From the NCBI RefSeq assembly GCF_020885515.1, contig NZ_AP024987.1, positions 1,290,001 to 1,322,000 on the forward strand: 32,000 nt of DNA, read 5' to 3'. This stretch comes from a cyanobacterium endosymbiont of Braarudosphaera bigelowii. GTDB taxonomy: Bacteria > Cyanobacteriota > Cyanobacteriia > Cyanobacteriales > Microcystaceae. Positions 1 to 9,334 of the stretch are shown here, piece by piece. The notes under the pieces are model-generated. The model searched no databases. It was not told where the DNA came from and saw only the letters and a program-made list of their open reading frames with translations. A program made the position numbers and the translations under genes. Each line of letters opens with the position of its first letter. Position 1 is the first letter of the stretch.

Positions 1-2
1 AT

Positions 3-1385
3 GCTGCGTTCGATTTTTTAGTAAGTATTGGGTGGTGGAGCCCAAATGAAAACTTATTCTTAAAGCGTAGCTCTTATCCTATTAATTTTCCCAAAAAGGT
101 ACTAGACGTGGTTTCTTTTTCTTTGCAAGACCTATCCCTCAACACTGATAATGAACGCATGGACTTAACTCATCTAAAAGTCTACACTATAGATGATGAA
201 AGTACTGAAGAAATTGACGATGGTCTAAGTATAGAATTTTTAGAAGATAATACTATTAAACTATGGATACACATAGCAGATCCTACTCATTTAGTTAATC
301 CAGGAGACGAACTTGATTTAGAAGCAAGGAAACGAAGTACAACCTTGTATCTACCTACAGGAATAATCTCTATGTTTCCGACAGAATTAGCTACTGGACC
401 TATGAGCTTAAGGCAAGGTCAGTTGTGTCCTTCGCTGAGTTTTGGGGTAATTTTGAATGAGGATGGTGCCGTTCTTGATTACTCTATTCATACTAGTATT
501 ATCAAGCCTACTTATCGTTTAACTTATAACGATGTTAATGAAATTTTGCAATTAGGCATAACTGCTGAATCAGAATTGGCTATTTTAGCTAAAGCAGCAA
601 AACAACGATGTTGCTGGAGGAAATCTCAAGGATCAATTACCATTAAAATGCCAGAGGCATCTATTAAGGTTAAATCTGAAGATGAAATTGTAATTGATTT
701 ATTGGAAACATCTGTTTCTCGTCAATTGGTAGCAGAAATGATGATCCTCGCTGGTGAAGTAGCTGGAGATTATTGTCAAAAAAATAGTATTCCTGTTCCT
801 TTTAGAGGACAGCCTCAGCCAGACTTACCTTCCGAGGAAGAACTGCTATTATTACCTGCTGGACCAGTTAGATCATGTGCCTTACGCAGTTGCATGCCTA
901 AAGGGGAAATGGCAACCATTCCAAATCGTCACTCAAGTTTAGGCTTAAATTATTACACTCAAGTAACATCTCCAATACGGCGCTATACAGACTTATTAAC
1001 TCATTTCCAAATCAAAGCTCATCTTCGTAATCAGTCATTGCCATTCACATTAGATGTGATGCAAAACATCTTATATAGTGTAACTCTTTCGGCACAAGAG
1101 GCATCATTTGTAGAAAGACAAACTAACAGATATTGGGGCTTAGAATTTCTACGACGCAATGCTGATCAGGTCTGGCAAGGTTTAGTACTACGCTGGTTAC
1201 GGGAAGATGAAGGATTAGGAATAATTTTATTAGAGGAATTAGGCTTAGAGCTGCCTCATCATTTTGGACGCTCAGTTCGATTAGGTGATCGAATTAATGT
1301 TCAAGTTAGTCGTTCTGATCCACACCGAGACGAAATCCGTTTTCGTGAAGTGCTAAAGGATAAAATTGAAACGCAAAAAATTTAA
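3..1385 (+). CDS. rnb: RNase II/R family 3'-5' exoribonuclease (RNB domain), 5'-partial at window edge
   Basis: The frame of the 108..1385 ORF is open back to nt 3 (AAFDFLVSIGWWSPNENLFLKRSSYPINFPKKVLDV...), so the gene starts upstream of the window. RNB-domain signatures are present: 'VYTIDDESTEEIDDGLS' and 'TSPIRRYTDLLTHFQIKA'. The C-terminal end looks like an S1 domain. Stop is TAA at 1383-1385. Confidence 0.88.
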   Translation, partial: AAFDFLVSIGWWSPNENLFLKRSSYPINFPKKVLDVVSFSLQDLSLNTDNERMDLTHLKVYTIDDESTEEIDDGLSIEFLEDNTIKLWIHIADPTHLVNPGDELDLEARKRSTTLYLPTGIISMFPTELATGPMSLRQGQLCPSLSFGVILNEDGAVLDYSIHTSIIKPTYRLTYNDVNEILQLGITAESELAILAKAAKQRCCWRKSQGSITIKMPEASIKVKSEDEIVIDLLETSVSRQLVAEMMILAGEVAGDYCQKNSIPVPFRGQPQPDLPSEEELLLLPAGPVRSCALRSCMPKGEMATIPNRHSSLGLNYYTQVTSPIRRYTDLLTHFQIKAHLRNQSLPFTLDVMQNILYSVTLSAQEASFVERQTNRYWGLEFLRRNADQVWQGLVLRWLREDEGLGIILLEELGLELPHHFGRSVRLGDRINVQVSRSDPHRDEIRFREVLKDKIETQKI

Positions 1386-1551
1386 GATTATAAGATCAGA
1401 GTTAATCAAAAGTAAATATTTTTTCTGAATAAATTAATAAAAACAAATTTTAAAGAGAAGTTGTTCTAAAAGTAGAATCCTAAAATTTAATATTTTTACT
1501 AACAAATATGAATAGAAGTTAGATTAGATGAGAATATTTATTTTTTTTAAT

Positions 1552-1598
1552 AAAGAAGAAGTCCAAGACTTTCCATGTTTCGTCTTGGCTTCTTCTTT
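1552..1598 (+). terminator. Candidate intrinsic terminator hairpin downstream of rnb
   Basis: AAAGAAGAAG(T)CCAAGAC at 1552-1569 pairs with GTCTTGGCTTCTTCTTT at 1582-1598. That gives 17 bp with one bulged T and a 12-nt loop, followed by TTTTAGTTT. It lies about 165 nt after the rnb stop, between convergent genes. Confidence 0.35.
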
Positions 1599-1698
1599 TA
1601 GTTTACTCTTCACACCATCTATTAGTGTATATGAAAAATTTGCTCTTAAAGTATTATTTAAGTCTTTTTTAATTTTAGAGGTAAGTATAAAATGTATT

Positions 1699-2646
1699 TC
1701 AAGGTTTATTGAAACATACCTTTTGCAATAAACCTTGTGTAATAACTATTAGACCTAGCCTTGCTTGAGATTTTTCTATACTTTTTGATTTTTTAAAAGG
1801 AAAAATACGACAAGAACGTTCAAACTCTAATAGATAATAGCTAAGTATTAATGTTTGCTTGATATTATCTTTTTCAGACTTATTCACTTGAGAATCTAAT
1901 ACTGTGAAAATTTGGGAAATTAACTGTCTTTCTGTATAAGAATTTAATAGCAGTTGTTTAAGCTCTATATCATATGAAAAAATATAATCCTTATTCTTAA
2001 AAGTCTTTTGGTGATTTAAAAAATCAATGTTTGATCCTGTTATTATGCCTTGCTCTTTTGCTAAATCTAGCAAATCACAAGAACGTGCATAGGCATATTG
2101 GACAATCTGTAGAGAGTCATATAACTTATTACTATAAATAGTACAATATGTTGATATTTGAGAAATATATTGATGTCGCAACCATAAAAATAAACATTTA
2201 TCATCTAGTATAAATTCTAGCCAGCCTGGCTTAATTAATTTAAAAGTAAAACTCATATATCGTATATTCGAATTATATTCTATGTTTCCTTGTCTATCTT
2301 CCACTGAAAAACAGGAACAATTTTGTTTTATCCATTCAAAAATTTCCTCAGCTAATATTATTGCTGGATAGGATGATCTACTAGCTAACTGGAAAGCAAT
2401 AGTGCAACGATAGGTAACTGAATGAGAATAGGATATAAGAGAATAGTTTAAACGATTGATAGGAATAGAGTTTTGCGAGCAAATAAAGTCGACATCTTTA
2501 ACCTTCCCAAGTTTCGTTAATTGGGAATATACATATAATTTAAGTTGCTCCTCAATTGAAATCTTAGTCTGCTTGATAAGTATAGGATAAATAACTCTTA
2601 TAATTTTATCATTTTTCATATATTTTATAAGGTAACTAATAATCAT
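1699..2646 (-). CDS. Stand-alone DALR anticodon-binding-domain protein (ArgRS C-terminal-like), function unknown
   Basis: 315-aa ORF with an ATG start. The C-terminal half carries 'LQIVQYAYARSCDLLDLAKEQG', resembling the ArgRS 'YxQYAHARxxSIL' DALR motif, and a terminal 'ARLGLIVITQGLLQ', resembling 'aRLxLxxxtxxVLxxGL'. There is no catalytic HIGH/KMSK class-I core. Confidence 0.55.
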   Translation of the reverse strand: MIISYLIKYMKNDKIIRVIYPILIKQTKISIEEQLKLYVYSQLTKLGKVKDVDFICSQNSIPINRLNYSLISYSHSVTYRCTIAFQLASRSSYPAIILAEEIFEWIKQNCSCFSVEDRQGNIEYNSNIRYMSFTFKLIKPGWLEFILDDKCLFLWLRHQYISQISTYCTIYSNKLYDSLQIVQYAYARSCDLLDLAKEQGIITGSNIDFLNHQKTFKNKDYIFSYDIELKQLLLNSYTERQLISQIFTVLDSQVNKSEKDNIKQTLILSYYLLEFERSCRIFPFKKSKSIEKSQARLGLIVITQGLLQKVCFNKP

Positions 2647-2887
2647 AAAAAATTAAAATTCATATTTTTTATGACTATCAAATGATGTCTATTTATATTA
2701 AAAATTTATTTCTTTACTTAGAAACAGTAATATGCAGTTATGCTATAGTAGATGTTGTAAACTTATTATGTGGCTAAAGCTAACTATAACAGTTTAGCAC
2801 TTTGTGAATATTCTCCAAGCACAAAATCTATTAGCCAAACTGGTAACTGTTCTGAGAAATAATTATTTAATAGGAGACTTTCATCTG

Positions 2888-3031
2888 ATGGATTACCTAA
2901 AAGAAATTATAGAAAAGCTTAAAGAATTAGCACAAAAATTAATTGAAACAGTTCTAGGACCGAATAAAGAACCAGAAGTAGAACTTATACCTATACCAGT
3001 TGATGATCCACAAGATTATTATGGTAATTGA
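2888..3031 (+). CDS. Small hypothetical protein (47 aa from ATG; the ORF track extends it to GTG 2804)
   Basis: MDYLKEIIEKLKELAQKLIETVLGPNKEPEVELIPIPVDDPQDYYGN: an amphipathic helix followed by a Pro/Glu-rich tail. Its TGA stop (3029-3031) overlaps the likely aroQ ATG (3021), which suggests translational coupling. I recognise no family. Confidence 0.3.
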   Translation: MDYLKEIIEKLKELAQKLIETVLGPNKEPEVELIPIPVDDPQDYYGN

Positions 3032-3479
3032 TAACTCAAAAAGAATTAGTATACTAATACTCCATGGACCCAATTTAAACTTGTTGGGAAAACGTGAGTC
3101 TAAAATTTATGGTTCTATTTCTTTAAAAGAAGTTAATATTTTATTAAACAAAAAAGCTTTGGCTTTAAGAATTAGAATATCGATAGTTCAGTCTAACCAC
3201 GAGGGCACTATTGTTGAGTTAATTCATCAGTCTTTGGGACAACACCAGGGGATATTAATTAATGCTGGAGCATATACACATACTAGCTTAGCTATAGCTG
3301 ATGCTTGTCTCGCTGTTGAAATTCCAGTAGTAGAAGTACATTTGAGTAATATATATAAAAGAGAACATATACGTCATTACTCTCATATTGCTCCTATTTC
3401 TATTGGACAAATAACTGGATTTGGTGTTAACAGTTACTTATTAGGCTTAGAGGCTCTGTATGATTATCTTTGTCAATAG
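3021..3479 (+). CDS. aroQ: 3-dehydroquinate dehydratase, type II
   Basis: 'ILILHGPNLNLLGKRESKIYG', 'QSNHEGTIVELIH', 'INAGAYTHTSLAIADA' and 'VEVHLSNIYKREHIRH' are the canonical type II DHQase motifs. I prefer ATG 3021 (MVIDNSKRISILILHGPN) over TTG 3000 or ATG 3003 because homologues have a short N-terminus. Confidence 0.92.
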   Translation: MVIDNSKRISILILHGPNLNLLGKRESKIYGSISLKEVNILLNKKALALRIRISIVQSNHEGTIVELIHQSLGQHQGILINAGAYTHTSLAIADACLAVEIPVVEVHLSNIYKREHIRHYSHIAPISIGQITGFGVNSYLLGLEALYDYLCQ

Positions 3480-3694
3480 TTTTTTATTAAGGCTCACCAT
3501 CGATGTATAAAATAAAACCTATCATACATTTTTGAAAATCGTCAAAAAATAACTCTAATAATTATTCAGAATGTCATGTTATTTCTAACATTTTTTCGTA
3601 AATAGTTCTAATCTATAAGCTATTCCAATAATTTTGAAATTAGAGTAGCTTATATTCTAGAATTATCTAAATAGTCAAGCAACGACTCCTTAGA

Positions 3695-5521
3695 TTAGAA
3701 ATTATCATGATTAGAAATAGTTTCTAATATATTCTTTATGAGATCATCAGTAGTAATTAGACCTAATTCTCCCGATTTTCTAGTTCGAATATTTAAAGAA
3801 TTGGCTTCCATTTCTTTTGAACCTATTATTGCCATAACAGGAATCTTTTGTTTTTCTCCTCTTCGAATCATTTTTCCAAGTCTTTCCCCTGAAGTATCAA
3901 CTTCTGCCCTAATTTTTGACGCAAGCATGATTTTCATTACACTTTTAGCATAATCAAGATATATATCACTTACAGGTAAAATACGTAATTGAACTGGGGA
4001 TAGCCATAGAGGAAAGTCACCAGCATATTCTTCAATTAGAATGCCAATTAAACGTTCTAAAGATCCAAAGGGAGCTCGATGAATCATGATAGGTCTATGC
4101 TTATCACCTTCTTCTCCTACATATTCTAAATTAAACCTTTCAGGTAAATTATAATCAACCTGTACAGTTCCTAATTGCCATTCTCTATCCAGAGCATCTT
4201 GGAAAATAAAATCTAGCTTTGGACCATAAAATGCTGCCTCTCCTTTTGCTTCAAAATAATCAATATTCAACATTTTAACTGCACGATAAATAGCATTTTG
4301 TGACTTTTCCCAGACTTCATCACTCCCAATATATTTATCAGAATTAGAATCGCGGAAACTTAATCTTGCTTTAAATTTTTTGAGCTGCAAACTTTCAAAG
4401 ACTGAAAGGATTAAATTTACAACATCAAGAAATTCATCATCTAATTGATCAGGTTTAACAAATAAATGAGAATCATCAACTGTGAAACCCCTTACACGAG
4501 TTAATCCACCTAATTCACCTGATTTTTCATAACGATAAACAGTGCCAAATTCTGCTAATCGTACAGGTAAGTCACGATAAGATCTTAGTTCACTTTTATA
4601 AATTTGAATATGGAAAGGACAATTCATAGGTTTTAAAACGAACCCTATTTCTTCATTTTTGGCATCCTCACTATCACTCATTAAGGGAAACATGTCTTCC
4701 TTATAGTTCTGCCAATGACCAGAAGTTTTAAATAGGTCTACTTTACCAATATGAGGAGTTACTACTGGAAGATATCCTCGTTTTAACTGTTCTTCTTTTA
4801 AAAAACTTTCTAAAACAGATCTAACTATAGTTCCTTTTGGAGTCCATAGTGGTAAACCAGGCCCTACAGAGTTTGAAAAAATAAACAAACCTAACTCTTT
4901 ACCTAATTTCCGGTGATCTCTTTTTAAAGCTTCTTCTTTACGTTTTTTATACTCTGCTAATTGTTCAGGGTTTTCCCAAGCAGTTCCATAGATACGTTGT
5001 AATTGTATTCTAGTCTCATCTCCTCTCCAGTATGCTCCAGCTACTGACTCTATATCAAATGCTTTAGGATGTAAATCTCCAGTATTTTCTAGATGAGGAC
5101 CACTACATAGATCCCACCACTGTTTCCCTAAATGATATAGCGTAATAGGTGCCTGAATATTTTCAAGAATTTCTAATTTGTAAGGTTCCTGAACTTTACT
5201 AATACGTTCTCTAGCCTCTTCTAATGTAATTTCTTCTTTTATGACTGGAAGTTTAGATTTGATAATCTTAACCATTTCTTTTTTAATACTTTTTAAATCT
5301 TGGTCTGAAAAAGGTTTAGAAATATCGAAATCATAATAAAATCCTGTTTCTGTCCAAGGTCCGATTGTAACTTTTGCTTCAGGGAAAAGTTTTTGCACAG
5401 CCATAGCCATGATATGGGAGGCAGTATGGCGGATGCATTTTAGTTTATAAGATTCACTAGTACGGAGTAGCTTTATAGGTTGCTGCTCAGATACTTCAAT
5501 TAATGTAGACTGTTTAACCAT
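3695..5521 (-). CDS. thrS: Threonine--tRNA ligase
   Basis: 608 aa. Contains 'RHTASHIMAMAVQ' (editing/second additional domain), class II core 'FVLKPMNCPFHIQIY' and 'GLTRVRGFTVDDSHLF', and a C-terminal anticodon-binding domain. Confidence 0.97.
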   Translation of the reverse strand: MVKQSTLIEVSEQQPIKLLRTSESYKLKCIRHTASHIMAMAVQKLFPEAKVTIGPWTETGFYYDFDISKPFSDQDLKSIKKEMVKIIKSKLPVIKEEITLEEARERISKVQEPYKLEILENIQAPITLYHLGKQWWDLCSGPHLENTGDLHPKAFDIESVAGAYWRGDETRIQLQRIYGTAWENPEQLAEYKKRKEEALKRDHRKLGKELGLFIFSNSVGPGLPLWTPKGTIVRSVLESFLKEEQLKRGYLPVVTPHIGKVDLFKTSGHWQNYKEDMFPLMSDSEDAKNEEIGFVLKPMNCPFHIQIYKSELRSYRDLPVRLAEFGTVYRYEKSGELGGLTRVRGFTVDDSHLFVKPDQLDDEFLDVVNLILSVFESLQLKKFKARLSFRDSNSDKYIGSDEVWEKSQNAIYRAVKMLNIDYFEAKGEAAFYGPKLDFIFQDALDREWQLGTVQVDYNLPERFNLEYVGEEGDKHRPIMIHRAPFGSLERLIGILIEEYAGDFPLWLSPVQLRILPVSDIYLDYAKSVMKIMLASKIRAEVDTSGERLGKMIRRGEKQKIPVMAIIGSKEMEANSLNIRTRKSGELGLITTDDLIKNILETISNHDNF

Positions 5522-5724
5522 TCACACCTATTTTCTATAATTTTTTGTTTAGTTTATTATGTACAGAGGAGTAAAGAAAAGATTATGACACTATTGATAT
5601 AGTAATTCACTATAGTTTAAGTATAAAAATCTATTTTTTCTAAAAATAGAAATTTTTTATACTTTATGCCGTAAAATCAGCTATTCTAGCAGGGAGAGTT
5701 TTTATAATTAAAATTATACTATCC

Positions 5725-7008
5725 GTGTTAGACCTTAAAAAAATACGAGAAAATCCAGAAGTCATACAAACGTTACTTAATAGTCGTGAGCCTTATCCAA
5801 AATATGATCTTAAGCCTATTTTAAATTATGACAAACGACAAAGGGAATTAGAAGTCCTTTGTACCGAATTACAAACGAAAAGTAATGAAATTAGTAAATT
5901 AATTGGACAAAAAATAAAAAATGGCTTGGATCCAACAGTAGAAGAAATTAGTAACCTTAGAGAAGAGGGGAATAGTTTAAAAAAGAAACTTTTTGAATTA
6001 GAACCCGAAGAAAAAAAAGTAAAAGAAAAACTTGAAAATTTACTATCACAACTTCCCAACTTACCTATTTCTTCTACACCTGTTGGAAAAAATGAGACAG
6101 AGAATGTAGAGGTGAGATCTTGGGGAGAAGAGTATCTACCAAAAATACAAGTATTACCTCATTGGGAAATTGCTGAGAATCTTGGTATTCTAGAAGTGGA
6201 AAAAGCTGTCAAGATAGCGAAAAGCCGTTTTGTGGCGCTATTTGGAGCAGGAGCAGCTTTAGAAAGAGCTTTAATAAGTTTTATGCTTGATCAACATATA
6301 GCTTCAGGCTATCTAGAAGTTATGCCTCCTATCTTAGTTAATAGTAATGCTTTAAGAGGAACAGGGCAGTTGCCAAAATTTGCCGAAGAAAGCTTTTTTT
6401 GTCATGATGATGATTTGTGGTTATCACCTACTGCAGAAGTTCCTCTAATGAACCTTTATAGTAATGAAATTTTAGAAAAAGAAAAATTATCTATTAGGCA
6501 TTGTGCTTTCACTCCTTGCTTTCGTAGAGAAGCAGGAAGTTATGGAAAAGATACAAGAGGACTAATTCGACTTCATCAATTTAATAAAGTTGAATTAGTA
6601 AAAATTGTTCATCCCGAAGATTCAGAGATGGAACACCAACAATTAGTGAAAGATGTAGAGGCCATTTTACAGGCTTTAAAACTTCCATATCGAGTTTTAG
6701 AGCTATGCACAGGAGATTTAGGCTTTGGTGCAGCAAAATGCTATGATTTAGAAGTATGGCTACCTTCATCTGATTCTTATAGAGAAATATCAAGTTGCTC
6801 TAATTGTTGGGATTTTCAGGCAAGACGAGCTAATATACGTTTTAAGGAAAAAGGCAAAAAAGGAACTATGTATGTGCATTCTCTAAATGGCTCAGGACTT
6901 GCAGTGGGAAGAACTATGGCAGCTATTTTAGAGAACTATCAACAAGTTGATGGAACTATTAAAGTACCTGATGTTTTACAACCATACTTAAAGAGAGAAA
7001 TTTTATAG
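5725..7008 (+). CDS. serS: Serine--tRNA ligase
   Basis: 427 aa with a GTG start ([12 protein letters not shown]). N-terminal coiled-coil arm followed by class II motifs '[25 protein letters not shown]' and '[19 protein letters not shown]'. Confidence 0.97.
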   Translation: MLDLKKIRENPEVIQTLLNSREPYPKYDLKPILNYDKRQRELEVLCTELQTKSNEISKLIGQKIKNGLDPTVEEISNLREEGNSLKKKLFELEPEEKKVKEKLENLLSQLPNLPISSTPVGKNETENVEVRSWGEEYLPKIQVLPHWEIAENLGILEVEKAVKIAKSRFVALFGAGAALERALISFMLDQHIASGYLEVMPPILVNSNALRGTGQLPKFAEESFFCHDDDLWLSPTAEVPLMNLYSNEILEKEKLSIRHCAFTPCFRREAGSYGKDTRGLIRLHQFNKVELVKIVHPEDSEMEHQQLVKDVEAILQALKLPYRVLELCTGDLGFGAAKCYDLEVWLPSSDSYREISSCSNCWDFQARRANIRFKEKGKKGTMYVHSLNGSGLAVGRTMAAILENYQQVDGTIKVPDVLQPYLKREIL

Positions 7009-7179
7009 TTACTGATTAGCTCAATGTTATTTTTAAAAGTAACTATAACAATTAAAGCTCGAGCACTAATTATTTACTAGCTTTTTGAAAAAAATTATTT
7101 TAAAGATAAGCATATAAGCTTTAATCTAGATCCTAAATAAGGTACATATTGGTTTTGGAAGCTATGATACAGAAATTTT

Positions 7180-7659
7180 TTATAATTTTTCTAAAACAAT
7201 TTCGTCGTGGTTTTTAACTTTTACATTAGCCTAAATATAGGCAATATTTTTATTTAAATTAACTAAGAAAGTAGGGCGAACAATTCCCATATATTCCTTT
7301 CCCATAATTTTTTTCAGCTTTTAAACAGTATACATTTTTGCAACTTTATGATTATAGTCAGATAATAACTCTAGAGATAAATTATGTTTATTAATGAGCT
7401 TAATATGTGATTTTTTAGAATCCGGACTAATACCTGAAACTTCAGCCTATAAAGCTTTAAAAATAGGCATTAATTCTGTTAATTCTTTAGCTTCTTTTGT
7501 ACAAACAGATATATTGTTTTCAGGATAAAAGTATATGATTAGCTATTCTTTAGGTATATTTTGTAAATAGACTTCTTTACTATCTTGATTATCAATTTTA
7601 AGATTAGGCGCAGGACTACCGATATTTAATAAATTATCTATAGGAAAAGATAAGTATAT
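7180..7659 (-). pseudogene. Peroxiredoxin (Bcp/PrxQ-type thiol peroxidase) pseudogene with in-frame nonsense codons
   Basis: My own single-frame minus-strand translation over 160 codons: IYLSFPIDNLLNIGSPAPNLKIDNQDSKEVYLQNIPKE*LIIYFYPENNISVCTKEAKELTELMPIFKAL*AEVSGISPDSKKSHIKLINKHNLSLELLSDYNHKVAKMYTV*KLKKIMGKEYMGIVRPTFLVNLNKNIAYI*ANVKVKNHDEIVLEKL*. This is collinear with Bcp/PrxQ (xAPdFxL...vLYFYPkDxTPGCTxEA...GvSxDSxxSHxkF...LLSD...YGVWgeKKxxGKeYxGixRxTFli...H). Internal stops fall at 7543-7545, 7447-7449, 7321-7323 and 7231-7233. There is no ATG (ATA at 7657-7659), and the TPGC motif has degraded to ISVC. Confidence 0.8.
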
Positions 7660-7970
7660 TTACAAACTAAAGGATATCGTATACAAGTATATTTTTTTAC
7701 AAAAATTTCATCAAAAAATATTTTCTATTATAACTTTTATGAGTAGAAAGGTAACATTCTTATAATCAAAAACTACATATATTGTGATAATTTATTCTAA
7801 ACATTTCTTTTCTAGGCAAAAAAATTAACCTTATTTTCAATTGTATAAAAATTAATTATTATTTAAATACAAGCAATTGATCCGAAAAAATAGATATTAG
7901 TATCTTGATAATCAACTAAAATAAAAATAATTTATAGATATTTTAATAAAAAAACTATCACAAACAAATA

Positions 7971-9245
7971 CTAATAAAGTCTTTTTCTTTGCTTATGCTT
8001 AAAAACTGACTCTACTAATCCTAATGCGATAAAGTTAGTTAGTAAAGCTGATTTTCCGTAACTTAGCCAAGGTAAGGGAATACCTGTAATAGGTGCTAGA
8101 CCTACTGTCATACAAATATTAACAATTACCTGAAAAGAGGTCATTGATAAAACTCCTATAGCTAATAGGGATCCAAAATTTTCTTCTGCTTGAGAGGCAA
8201 TCAAAACATACCTAAAACATATTAACCAAAATATTATCAAAACTACCATAGAACCAATAAAACCAAGTTCTTCACCTACCACTGAAAAAATAAAATCTGT
8301 GTGCTGTTCAGGAACAAAGTCCAATTGAGTTTGAGTTCCGTGAAATAATCCTCTTCCCCACAGCTCTCCAGAACCAATTGCGATACGAGATTGTATTAAT
8401 TGATAGCCTCCGCCTAGAGGATTTTTCTCTGGGTCTAAAAATAAGGTTAGGCGATCTTTTTGATACTCCTTTAATAATCCCCAAAAGATATTACTTAATT
8501 TACCTGCCGCAAAGTTAATACTTATAATTCCTATTGTAGAAATAAAACGGTAAGGCAAAGTAAACCAAGAAATAATACCCATAATTATTGTCCAGCCAAT
8601 CCAAACAATAAAAAAAATATTGAATAAAATAGCTGAAACGATGGGAGATATTAACAAGATCAACCAGCCAGGATGTATATTTGCCCAATAAAGCATTCCT
8701 AATGTAATCGCTGCAAAAACAAGTCCTGTACCTAAGTCAGGTTGAAACATTATTAAGGCCCAAGGGATAAAGGTTATTCCTAAAACACGTAACACCGATA
8801 GAATTTTACTTGCGTCATTTTGATGTAATAGTGCGGCTAAAGTGATTATTAAACCAACCTTTGCAAATTCTGAAGGTTGTATGTTAAACCCTCCAATTTC
8901 GATCCAGCTTTGAGCCCCATTTGCAGTTACTCCAAGAATAATAACCGCTATTAATGAAATATTTGTTATGAAGTAAATTAACCAATGCCATATCATTAAG
9001 TTTTTGTAATTAAATCTAGCTATAAAAAGCATTATGATAAAGCCAACACTTCCTAGTAATAAGTGCTGTAAACAATTAGTAGATGTTTCATTTAGCTCAG
9101 TACTCTTAATAATTAATCCACCTAAACTGGTCAAACTAACTACAAGTATTAATAACAACCAATCAATTTCAAAAAAAAGAGATAACCATGGGACAAAAAA
9201 ACACTTGTTTTTTTTTTGAAAGTTGTATTTCTTGGACCTTAACAT
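7971..9245 (-). CDS. rodA: Peptidoglycan glycosyltransferase, SEDS family (RodA-type)
   Basis: 424 aa and polytopic. 'GGGYQLIQSRIAIGSGELWGRGLFHGTQTQLDFVPEQHTDFIFSVVGEELGF' matches RodA (GTQSQLEFLPERHTDF) better than FtsW (NSVQKLEYLPEAHTDF). Also has the C-terminal 'GIPLPWLSYGKSALL'. Confidence 0.85.
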   Translation of the reverse strand: MLRSKKYNFQKKNKCFFVPWLSLFFEIDWLLLILVVSLTSLGGLIIKSTELNETSTNCLQHLLLGSVGFIIMLFIARFNYKNLMIWHWLIYFITNISLIAVIILGVTANGAQSWIEIGGFNIQPSEFAKVGLIITLAALLHQNDASKILSVLRVLGITFIPWALIMFQPDLGTGLVFAAITLGMLYWANIHPGWLILLISPIVSAILFNIFFIVWIGWTIIMGIISWFTLPYRFISTIGIISINFAAGKLSNIFWGLLKEYQKDRLTLFLDPEKNPLGGGYQLIQSRIAIGSGELWGRGLFHGTQTQLDFVPEQHTDFIFSVVGEELGFIGSMVVLIIFWLICFRYVLIASQAEENFGSLLAIGVLSMTSFQVIVNICMTVGLAPITGIPLPWLSYGKSALLTNFIALGLVESVFKHKQRKRLY

Positions 9246-9334
9246 AATAATTGTGAAGACTACTTACATAAACAATATATTTCTCTAAGGCAAAAATTTT
9301 AAAGCTTATGTGGTGTAAAGTATTGTTATTTAAT

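Noticed and set aside
1528-1731. 67-aa ORF in the rnb/DALR spacer
   Set aside because: The sequence is low-complexity and Phe/Ile/Leu/Ser-rich, as expected from AT-rich non-coding DNA. It contains the terminator-like hairpin, overlaps the 3' end of the minus-strand gene, and has no recognisable motif or ribosome-binding site.
7180-7659. Idea that the four in-frame TAG/TAA codons in the peroxiredoxin-like frame reflect stop-codon recoding or an altered genetic code (some sit at Trp positions)
   Set aside because: All other genes in the window encode Trp with TGG and end normally on TAA/TAG/TGA at lengths matching their homologues. This locus has also lost its ATG and its TPGC active-site motif. 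Ordinary G->A nonsense decay of a pseudogene is the simpler explanation.
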